Both the position numbers and the translations under genes were made by a program. Source: an uncultured virus (IMG/VR IMGVR_UViG_3300028734_000015) (taxonomy: Duplodnaviria; Heunggongvirae; Uroviricota; Caudoviricetes). Taken from it: 31,512 bases of DNA. The stretch lies in the IMG/VR virus record IMGVR_UViG_3300028734_000015, one strand, 5' to 3'. The notes under the pieces are model-generated. The model saw only the letters and a program-made list of their open reading frames with translations, was not told the origin of the DNA and ran no database searches. Below, piece after piece: positions 20,010-27,854 of the stretch; the stretch's first letter is position 1; every line of letters starts with the position of its first letter.

Positions 20010-21209
20010 AGTGTTTGACCTTCCACTTGATTTATCCAGTATCCTCTGGTGCATGGATTGAATAGCCTCCGGCTTCCTTCTGCTCATCCTAAGACATAGG
20101 AGAACGTACTAATATGCTGTAAAAGCTTACTACTCTTTTACTGATGATATAATTTTTCCCAAATATCGTGGGTTTGAAGTTTTCCTGTCTGGCAGGTCGT
20201 ACTCCTAACTAGCCATGTTTAAGTTGCATATTATTACTGTAATTCGCCAGTTTCGGCTTTCGCCTTTCCGTTCATTATCCACACTTACAACGTGCGTTTC
20301 CTATCTACTAGTATAGGCACGGACAACTTTCGATTAACCTTGAAAGCATAACTAGGTTGTTGGTTTTTATTATTATTTCATTCATTTTAAAACCAGTAAT
20401 ATAATGATATGTTCGCTATCTAGGTCCATGGGCCTTTGGTTTTTTAATTGCCAAAAAGACAACTTCAACTATTGGATTTCCACCCCGCGCATTACTAGCC
20501 GGTTTATGTATTCTATTAATAGTTATTATTTTACGTTCTCCTTTAATCTTCCATCTTGCATGGGTTAATCACTGCTATTGCGGTGTAGGGAGCTAATGTT
20601 ATAGATCTATTGTGCTTCTGTATAACCTTGCATAGTTATGCTTTTGCGATCTATATTCGACATTTATACTGTTCCGTTCAGCGCGTGTCTATCTCGGAAT
20701 CTCTTTTTATCCATGAGCATGGCTTGCTTTTTATAGAAGCATAACTACGGCTTTTAGATTGTTCTATTCTTGCCTGGGCTGGCACCTTCGGGAGGCCTGG
20801 ACACCCACTTCTCGATACACTGAGAAGCTTAAACCTGTGACTATTTTAATTAGGTATAGATACCATTACCTTGTTTTACGCGTTTCTCCATTTAAGGATT
20901 ATGGTGACAAGGACGTCTACCATCAGTTTTCCATCGTTTTGGACATTTTATAATGCGGCAGTCCCCAGTCGCTTAATTACGTATCTCTAATATATTTCCC
21001 ACTCAAAGAGAGTTTACTTGTATATTATGGTAATCTTCATTTATTTGGCCCGCTTACAATTATGTTTGAATTGCTGCTGCTCCATCTATAAGTTTTCCAC
21101 GCTTATGATTCGATCACTCCCTTTGATTCTTTAAACTCGTTGGTTCGATGAGTGAACGAGTGCCTGATTGAAACCGCTTTGCCTGCGGTGCCGGTTGACC
21201 CGGTCGATT
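20010..21209 (-). ncRNA. Candidate large structured non-coding RNA
   Basis: About 1.2 kb with no credible ORF, visibly less AT-rich; GNRA hairpin GGC-GAAA-GCC and long-range 10-12-bp complementarities. Confidence 0.5.
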
Positions 21210-21554
21210 TTATTTAGAAACAATTACGCCTGTTTCTAGGTTTAACATTGAACTTTCATCTTCTGCCAATGAAATATCAATTAAGCCTGCTTTAATTTCC
21301 TCTGTAGATAATGTACACACTTTTCTGTGTATCCACATACTATATCCTGGAAGATTACTTACGACACTGTTTATTGCATTTTTTTTAACTAATATTTGAC
21401 CGTTTAGTCGGGCCAGGGATTCTTGTAATGGTTTTTCGAGGAATATATCCCCTCGGACATACGTGTCCAATATACCAATTACTGCCTGTCTTGCTTTAAG
21501 CAAATTGTTTAATCGCACGTTTAGCATACGAATTAGTTGCATTTGTTGTGTCAT
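21210..21554 (-). CDS. Hypothetical protein
   Basis: 114-aa ORF, tightly packed with its neighbours. Confidence 0.7.
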   Translation of the reverse strand: MTQQMQLIRMLNVRLNNLLKARQAVIGILDTYVRGDIFLEKPLQESLARLNGQILVKKNAINSVVSNLPGYSMWIHRKVCTLSTEEIKAGLIDISLAEDESSMLNLETGVIVSK

Positions 21555-21557
21555 TTC

Positions 21558-21962
21558 TTAGGATTGAGCGTCTGCCCAATAAGCTTTAACATAGATATCG
21601 AACTCGGTTTCAGTTAGGAATGGGCACTTTTCAAAGTCTTCTAGTTCTATGAATTGTGAGTCTGGTGTAGTATCCCAGATCCCATTAATCTTAAATCGAG
21701 GCCGAGACCAATCTATTTGTTTTGCATTAACGACTATTTCGTTCAAATTCTTTTCGACAGTAACATTAAGCCATCGAAGTTTTAAGAATTCGTCAAAATC
21801 AAAAGATGGGTTAAACCCCCGTGCTAAAACTGTTTCTACTTTCTCGGTTTTCTCTTTGGGTGAGTCCTCCGATAGAACTATTTGCCGTTTTCCTGATGAA
21901 TACATATACCCTGCGAAGAATATGGCCATAGAAAACATAGTTCTAAAAATCAGTTTTTTCAT
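21558..21962 (-). CDS. Hypothetical protein with an N-terminal signal/TM segment
   Basis: MKKLIFRTMFSMAIFFAGYMY hydrophobic N-terminus. Confidence 0.7.
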   Translation of the reverse strand: MKKLIFRTMFSMAIFFAGYMYSSGKRQIVLSEDSPKEKTEKVETVLARGFNPSFDFDEFLKLRWLNVTVEKNLNEIVVNAKQIDWSRPRFKINGIWDTTPDSQFIELEDFEKCPFLTETEFDIYVKAYWADAQS

Positions 21963-22016
21963 TTAATTTCAAATTATTTTGATAATAACTCGTGAGAATC
22001 TTTTTACCTGAGCTAA

Positions 22017-23048
22017 TTAAGCTTCAGGGTACCCTTTCTCAACATAGGGTTTCCGGCCATAAGATCGTTCCATGCCAGTCCGTATAGATGGTGTCATGCA
22101 AGCTATCAATCGTTTTGCTTCTTTGAGGACTATTTCCTTTTCTGCTGTCGCAATAAGAGCTGCTTTTTCGGCTGCTTTTTTCCCGGCTGCTTTTTTTATA
22201 ACCTCCCCAATATTCATGCGGTGTTCTGCATATAAAAACTCTTTGATCGCTTCTTGGAATTGCTGGTTGTGACTCCATACGTCTTTTTGGTCTTTTGTTG
22301 GTGGAATTTCCATTTGCATCCGTAACTGAGTTATGGCTGTTGGTGTATTCCGTACCGTGTCTTTCAAGATGCGTTTAATGGTGTCTTCGGCTATTCTGCC
22401 TATTTCCACGGCATCCCACGTAGGTAGCCATTTTTTAATCGCTATGAAAGCTGCTATTGGACCATCTAATCGATACTGAGTTGCGATATGAATATCCCAT
22501 TGTGGTATCAATTTATTGTCCGGTAGCATATCTTTAATCTCTGTCCAAGCATCAGCTGGCAAGATATTTTTACCGGTTCCTTTTAAATACAGTTCTATTG
22601 CAGGTTCTATGTTTTTTGCTAGATTCCGTGACAGTAACTTCCGTAACTCTTCCACATAGTCCGCCGTGTCTCCAGCTGGATTGCTGGCCTCCGGTACTAT
22701 AACTGGTGCTTCTGTTGCTGTTGATTTCACTTCTTCCGCATCTGCTTTGAAATCGATTTTTACTTGCGTATCATCGGTTAAACCTACTGAACTGAATTCT
22801 CCTATCGCGAGTTTTAATGAAGGGATATCGAAGTCTCCTCCGGTTAATACCGCAAATTGTGGCGCCACTTCATTCATTGTTGACACAAATATTGTGTCAA
22901 ATACCATATCCATGATATCTAATTGCTTTTGAAGCCGTAGATATTTCTGATCTAGAGGGCCGGAACTTTTAAAGGCTTTATCGCATTTCTGTTGTAAAAC
23001 TTTCCGGTATTCTAGCATGTCCTTGGTATCCATGCTTAATTTTAACAT
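22017..23048 (-). CDS. Hypothetical protein (~343 aa)
   Basis: Long ORF; the ATG at 23048 (MLKLSM) is preceded by AAGGAG and preferred over 23093. Confidence 0.8.
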   Translation of the reverse strand: MLKLSMDTKDMLEYRKVLQQKCDKAFKSSGPLDQKYLRLQKQLDIMDMVFDTIFVSTMNEVAPQFAVLTGGDFDIPSLKLAIGEFSSVGLTDDTQVKIDFKADAEEVKSTATEAPVIVPEASNPAGDTADYVEELRKLLSRNLAKNIEPAIELYLKGTGKNILPADAWTEIKDMLPDNKLIPQWDIHIATQYRLDGPIAAFIAIKKWLPTWDAVEIGRIAEDTIKRILKDTVRNTPTAITQLRMQMEIPPTKDQKDVWSHNQQFQEAIKEFLYAEHRMNIGEVIKKAAGKKAAEKAALIATAEKEIVLKEAKRLIACMTPSIRTGMERSYGRKPYVEKGYPEA

Positions 23049-23130
23049 TTTTTCCTCCTTATTTTTGATAAATAATAGTAAGTTTAAATACAATTACTGA
23101 TTCACAGTTTATTCTTTTAACTTATTCTAG

Positions 23131-23550
23131 TTAGCTTGTATTTGGTTCTATCATATCGCCTCTTGGAGGTTTTGTTAATGTTAATTTATGTACTCCGGGC
23201 ATATTTGGTTTTGCGTTGGAAATAATAATTTCTCCAAGCCGCCTTCCTTCAAAATAGCAGGCATTCATCTCAGGTCCCTTTAGGAATTCAGGAGTCATTA
23301 CGACTACTGACTGAGTATACTTTGCTATCATATTGGCTGCTCCAATTGGCTTAATGGCTTTTTTTACGTTAATGATTACATCATTTTTTATCGTAGATAC
23401 TGCTTGATCCATTCCGATCTTATCTACTTTAACTAATAATGGCTCATTGTTCCGTACAAAATTCCCTGTTCCTATGCCCAATAAAGCTACTACAAGTGTG
23501 CCACAGATAGCTTTGCCGATCCGCAACAAGAATTGATTTCTCATTTTCAT
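23131..23550 (-). CDS. Membrane-anchored hypothetical protein
   Basis: N-terminal hydrophobic helix ICGTLVVALLGIGTG; 6 nt downstream of the sigma gene. Confidence 0.7.
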   Translation of the reverse strand: MKMRNQFLLRIGKAICGTLVVALLGIGTGNFVRNNEPLLVKVDKIGMDQAVSTIKNDVIINVKKAIKPIGAANMIAKYTQSVVVMTPEFLKGPEMNACYFEGRRLGEIIISNAKPNMPGVHKLTLTKPPRGDMIEPNTS

Positions 23551-23556
23551 TTTGTT

Positions 23557-24105
23557 TTACTTTGATTGGTTAATATTTGATATTAAAACTTTTCTGTATC
23601 GATGTATGTAATGCTTAATGGTTCCTAGATCTAGTTTTAGCTTATCGGCTATTTCTTGATATTTTAACCCTTTTTGATACCTTAAGGTAAGCACCTGTTT
23701 TGATCGATCACTTAAACCCTTTAAGGCATTTTCAAATAAACCGTATTCTTCCTTTTTAATCATATCCTTTTCTGGATTACTATTATCAGTATAAATAAAC
23801 TCAGACAATAATTCATCGTCAATATACACATCATTTCTACGTTTATTCATACTGCGAATAAAGTCGATACTATGGTGATTAGCGATTGTCTTGAGCCACA
23901 TCTCAAATGAAATGTTTTTGGTAAATTTGTCAATGTTTTTAAAGGCTTTGAGGAATGTTTCCGATAATAAATCATCAGCGACATCTTTGTTCTTTACTAT
24001 TCTATAAATATTATTGTAGATTACTCCATGATAAGTATCATATAAAAAAGTAAATGCTTTTTGTGAGCCGCCTTTGGCAGCCTCAATTGCTTCGTTCGCA
24101 TTCAT
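23557..24105 (-). CDS. ECF-type sigma-70 family RNA polymerase sigma factor
   Basis: Region 2 (AFTFLYDTY...ADDLLSETFLKAF...FEMWLKTIANH) and region 4 HTH (LRYQKGLKYQEIADKL...GTIKHYIHR). Confidence 0.9.
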   Translation of the reverse strand: MNANEAIEAAKGGSQKAFTFLYDTYHGVIYNNIYRIVKNKDVADDLLSETFLKAFKNIDKFTKNISFEMWLKTIANHHSIDFIRSMNKRRNDVYIDDELLSEFIYTDNSNPEKDMIKKEEYGLFENALKGLSDRSKQVLTLRYQKGLKYQEIADKLKLDLGTIKHYIHRYRKVLISNINQSK

Positions 24106-24383
24106 ATTCTTGAATTTTATTTTGTGGCATTACAACTCCATGCATTTCTGCGTAATGCCTTTGTATCTTTTAGGGGACCCCGTATTGCATAGCTTTTACT
24201 GCGGGTGATACTTTATTGCTTTGTTAAAGCAAAGGTGTAGGGGGAAAGCTGATCAAGGCTGAGTCATCCCCCTTTACTGTCGTACTATTACCACCATGAC
24301 ACAGTCCTGTTCTTTGTTAAGCCTTGAGAGCTTAAAGTGGTTTTGATTTGTCTGCATAAGTAATTAATTTATTTTAGACTGGT

Positions 24384-24632
24384 TTAAATTTCTTTTAAAT
24401 CGTAATACATCAGATAGATTGCTTGTTGTCTGATTCCGAATTCTCTTGTTAATACGCTTACTGGCAGTCTTCCTGCGATTACTTCTGCTACTCTAATGGA
24501 CATCTTCCTGGCTTCGAATAATATTTTTCTTCCTTGGATCATTCCATTCTCTGAAATTTTTAGGATTGCTAATGATAGTTCTCCTTCTGTTTCGCATTGA
24601 TTGATTGTTTGAAATTTTTCTAATTCTGTCAT
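24384..24632 (-). CDS. Small hypothetical protein
   Basis: 82-aa ORF following tRNA-Arg. Confidence 0.7.
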   Translation of the reverse strand: MTELEKFQTINQCETEGELSLAILKISENGMIQGRKILFEARKMSIRVAEVIAGRLPVSVLTREFGIRQQAIYLMYYDLKEI

Positions 24633-24656
24633 TTTAAGTATTATTATTAATATTTG

Positions 24657-24730
24657 TGATCCAAGCAGGATTCAAACCTGCGACCCACACCTTAGAAGGG
24701 TGTTGCTCTATTCAACTGAGCTATTAGACC
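24657..24730 (-). tRNA. tRNA-Arg(UCU)
   Basis: GGTCTAA/TTGGATC acceptor; GCTC/GAGC D-stem; ACACC-CT TCT AA-GGTGT anticodon arm; GCAGG-TTTGAAT-CCTGC T-arm; CCA not encoded. Confidence 0.9.
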
Positions 24731-24777
24731 ATTTTATGCGTTGTGGTACTTGACCGAAGACGCATCCCTTCCTTTTT

Positions 24778-25227
24778 TTACGCAGCCTCAGCTAGAAGTG
24801 CTAATTTTGCTAATACTCTTTTTGTTGGTTTTGCGTGTTGCATTGTTCCTTTTGGAGTATGTTTGCTTTTGTGTTTGGGCAATTCAATTTTCTTGTAGTC
24901 TCTTGCTTTTCTTGCTTCGATAGACATTTTGAATCGTTTTGCTTTAGCTTTTTCTTTTGCAGCCTGGTTCTTTGCCTCTGATTGATGGATTGCAAATGCC
25001 GCTGTTTTTGTTATTGAATTCTGTATTTCACAGATTCCCAATATTGCTGATAATTCATCTGATTTAAATGTACGTGATTTATCATGAGTACAAATAGTAC
25101 TTTTCTTTTCTTTTCTTGTTTCAACAGGGTTTATTCTTGGCATTTTAGAATGAGTTTCAATACATACTAATATGTTTGAATCATTTGAAATACGGAGTAT
25201 TGCCCGCTTACATTTTACTTTTCCCAT
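24778..25227 (-). CDS. Basic (K/R-rich) hypothetical protein
   Basis: 149-aa ORF carrying the 17-nt repeated leader. Confidence 0.7.
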   Translation of the reverse strand: MGKVKCKRAILRISNDSNILVCIETHSKMPRINPVETRKEKKSTICTHDKSRTFKSDELSAILGICEIQNSITKTAAFAIHQSEAKNQAAKEKAKAKRFKMSIEARKARDYKKIELPKHKSKHTPKGTMQHAKPTKRVLAKLALLAEAA

Positions 25228-25244
25228 TTTGATAGTGGTTTTAA

Positions 25245-25766
25245 TTATTGTTTTGCTAATATTTGATCAAGTGATATAGGAATTCCATTTAATCTATCCC
25301 AGCTTGCGCAGAAATATTTAGGATCCTCTATTATTTGTACCTTAACCTCCATCGGTGTATATATTAACTGTTTAATTGTTTTTTCGTGCAAGTGTGCATG
25401 AATATTCATTTTAAACCTTGACATTTGACTTTTTTCAGCCGGAATATGTGTTAATAGATATCCTTTGTAGTTATATGCTCCTCCAATACCTTCTACGTAT
25501 TTTAACAATTCTAATGCGTCTTTTGGTAAATCATGGTTTCCATTTATTGCGATTTTCCTTCCAATTAATCTATCTAATAGATAATAGTAAGTTGGCTTTT
25601 CAAATGTAATGTCGCCTAATAGGTAAACTAATGATCTACTGTGTAAAACTGAATTATATTGTTTTATAATATAATCGTGGTATTCATCTAGATCATCAAA
25701 TCCTCTTAGCTTTGCAATTGCTTCATGCCCTAAATGCAAATCTCCAATGAATCCTACATCAATCAT
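25245..25766 (-). CDS. Calcineurin-like metallophosphoesterase
   Basis: GDLHLGH, LLGDI, NGNHD, THIP and IHAHLH motifs; start MIDVGF at 25766 overlaps the stop of the upstream small ORF. Confidence 0.88.
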   Translation of the reverse strand: MIDVGFIGDLHLGHEAIAKLRGFDDLDEYHDYIIKQYNSVLHSRSLVYLLGDITFEKPTYYYLLDRLIGRKIAINGNHDLPKDALELLKYVEGIGGAYNYKGYLLTHIPAEKSQMSRFKMNIHAHLHEKTIKQLIYTPMEVKVQIIEDPKYFCASWDRLNGIPISLDQILAKQ

Positions 25767-25893
25767 TTTGTCTGAAGAATTTCCACCATACTTTTGCTTT
25801 TTTATTTCTATTTCTAAAAATAACGTAATTTGAATCATCTGCAATTGCCGGCGATTCTTCTAGTTTTCTTGTTATTATTTTTTTGCTTTCCAT
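25759..25893 (-). CDS. Small protein (44 aa) missing from the ORF track
   Basis: MESKKIITRKLEESPAIADDSNYVIFRNRNKKAKVWWKFFRQND*; starts 1 nt after the upstream stop and ends in an ATGATTGA overlap with the phosphoesterase. Confidence 0.6.
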   Translation of the reverse strand: MESKKIITRKLEESPAIADDSNYVIFRNRNKKAKVWWKFFRQND

Positions 25894-25894
25894 A

Positions 25895-26482
25895 TTATTC
25901 AAATGGCAGTTGTGATGTTTCAAATTCGCAATGGGATTCCCAGTTAGTCATCTTTTCAAGGATAATTTCAGTTCCTTTCATTTTAATCATTTCTATTATT
26001 AATTTTACTTCTCTTTTTTGGTCTTTAGTCGACGTCCAATCTTTTAATAGCATACTTTCGAGTATCTTTAAGTTTATGTTCAGATTTTGTTCTGATACTA
26101 TGTTCATTCGAATATCTGTTAATTTTTTGATTATCCAATCTGGTGTATTTATTACATTTGATTGAAATATTATTGGATTTGTGAAATAAAATTGTTTCTT
26201 TGATTGTGTATTATTGAACATCTGTATCATTATTTCTCGATCTGATTTGAATGGTATGTCGCTAGAGAAAATTAAAACATCATATTGCGGACCTAAATCT
26301 ATCCGCTCCATTACTGGTTCGCTATTTATAGTCTTTAATTTTCCTTTTTCTATTTTTTGTTCTAGTTTATACGCATGTCTTTTCTCGAATCCTTCTAACC
26401 TGCCAATGAACACAAAATCAAACCATACTAATGCATAGTAATTCCCTATGATTAGAGTTGATGTGTCTATTAAGCTTGTCAT
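25895..26482 (-). CDS. Hypothetical protein
   Basis: 195-aa ORF with an ATGA overlap with the upstream gene. Confidence 0.75.
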   Translation of the reverse strand: MTSLIDTSTLIIGNYYALVWFDFVFIGRLEGFEKRHAYKLEQKIEKGKLKTINSEPVMERIDLGPQYDVLIFSSDIPFKSDREIMIQMFNNTQSKKQFYFTNPIIFQSNVINTPDWIIKKLTDIRMNIVSEQNLNINLKILESMLLKDWTSTKDQKREVKLIIEMIKMKGTEIILEKMTNWESHCEFETSQLPFE

Positions 26483-26769
26483 ACCTTTATTTCTGTTTGC
26501 TCTTCTATTATTTTGCCTGTGTGGATTTCCTTAGCAGCTCTCAATCTGTAATCTCTTACGATTGTTTTAGCGTTCTGGATGTGTCCTGCAAAAAGAGTTT
26601 GTTGTGGAATGGATGTCTTACGACTAATACTGCAGTTTATTGCATGCATGTCAATCCCTGCTACTTTTGTTGGGTACATTTTGATTCCATTTCGTACTAT
26701 TTTTAGTAGCGAAGTATTCCATGGTTTTGTTTTTGGTGCCCAAACGTTTGATTTCTTTTTTTTCTCCAT
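26479..26769 (-). CDS. Basic hypothetical protein
   Basis: 96-aa ORF carrying the 17-nt repeated leader. Confidence 0.7.
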   Translation of the reverse strand: MEKKKKSNVWAPKTKPWNTSLLKIVRNGIKMYPTKVAGIDMHAINCSISRKTSIPQQTLFAGHIQNAKTIVRDYRLRAAKEIHTGKIIEEQTEIKV

Positions 26770-26811
26770 CTTTGATAGTGGTTTTAAGTAAGTATTTATT
26801 GTTTGTTAATT

Positions 26812-26996
26812 GGCTCCCACGACGTTGATCAAACACTATAGGTTGGTTATTCTACCTCCTATATCGGGGAGTGAACTTTACTCTTAGGCTACAAGGCCTA
26901 CATAGTTAGTCACATTGATTGAATTGTTGCATTTTATTGCGTTTATATCAGCCTATTCATTCCGAGCTATTGTAGCTGTCAAATCCAGGCAGGCCC
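26812..26996 (-). ncRNA. ssrA: tmRNA coding piece (5' acceptor strand plus tag reading frame) of a permuted two-piece tmRNA; 3' end approximate
   Basis: Starts GGGCCTG-CCTGGATTTGAC-AGC (tmRNA 5' consensus, no D-stem); tag frame 26931-26884 reads CNNSINVTNYVGLVA*. Confidence 0.85.
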
Positions 26997-27103
26997 GTTT
27001 CATTGTAAATAAGGCGTTTTAAGGGTACTTTTTTTCGTGGATGAATAATGTATCCAATCTTATCTTGTATTAGCTTAAAACGCCTTAAAGTGGACCTGGA
27101 GGG

Positions 27104-27854
27104 CGAAAATATTTTTAATCTATGTAAACATTTCTGCTCCACCTTACGTTATATGATTATATATAATATATTATGGAAAAACAATGTTTATTTTGTAACA
27201 AAACTTTTAATGCAGATCCCAGAGAGCTTAGGAGATGTCATGCCATTTATTGTAGCATTTCATGTTCTATTAAGCATCGAAATCAATTAATACCCCTACG
27301 CAAATGTAAATGTATTGTTTGCTTAAGCGAGTTTGAAAGTAAATCAACTAAAGCTAAATATTGTTGCAAAAAATGCAAAAGTATTCATTATAGGAGATTA
27401 ATTTCAACCGAGGTGAATGGTACTAGAAGAATTCAATCTATATTGTTGACTTTCCCTTGTGCAAATTGCGGCTGGGATTTATCTTCAAGAGACGTTCATC
27501 ATATAGTTCCATCTTGTTTTGGTGGCAAAAATGAATTAACTAATTTAATTACACTTTGTCCTAATTGCCATAGAATGGCTCATAGAAACCTCCTTTTGGA
27601 GGACAAGTTAAATGAACTTGTTTATTTTCGGACTATATCATCATCCGGCATTTCTGCTTAGGATGTTGGGCGCTTATCTGGTTATTAAGGAAATTCTATT
27701 CCTCCAGTAGTCTCTGCACTTTCAAGCGGTATACCGCAAGCTTAGCTCAGGATTGGCATGTAAAAAATGTTCATTTCTGAGCTTTTTTATTTAGCGTTCC
27801 CTGAATTCACCCAATTTTCGATATGTATTACTACATAAAGGACCCCTATAGTTG
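27104..27854 (-). mobile_element. Group I intron (IC3-like core) in the tmRNA T-loop
   Basis: 5' exon ends in U with P1 GACU^C/GGGUC; P AATTCAGGGAA (27807-27797); Q AATCCTGAGC (27754-27745); R GCAGAGACTA (27717-27708); S GATATAGTCC (27639-27630); P3 TTGGGTG/CGCCCAA; terminal omega-G at 27104. Confidence 0.9.
27173..27661 (+). CDS. HNH endonuclease (probable homing endonuclease) with N-terminal Cys-rich repeats, antisense within the intron
   Basis: CANCG...DVHHIVP...GGKNELTNLITLCPNCHRMAH; two CxxC...YCxxxC units; the only credible + strand gene in the - strand block. Confidence 0.9.
   Translation: MEKQCLFCNKTFNADPRELRRCHAIYCSISCSIKHRNQLIPLRKCKCIVCLSEFESKSTKAKYCCKKCKSIHYRRLISTEVNGTRRIQSILLTFPCANCGWDLSSRDVHHIVPSCFGGKNELTNLITLCPNCHRMAHRNLLLEDKLNELVYFRTISSSGISA

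Noticed and set aside
19224..21209. Group II intron, RNase P RNA, CRISPR array or DGR template in the long non-coding region
   Set aside because: I found no domain V/AGC triad hairpin, no GAGGAAAGUCC, no regularly spaced repeats, and no reverse transcriptase or TR/VR pair in the window.
25767..25844. N-terminal extension of the phosphoesterase given in the ORF track
   Set aside because: Better explained by a separate 44-aa ORF (25759-25893) coupled to the start at 25766.
26957..27142. 61-aa - strand ORF (and the + strand ORF 27048-27290)
   Set aside because: They run across the intron 3' end, the tmRNA exon and the intervening stem; the RNA explanation accounts for the sequence much better.
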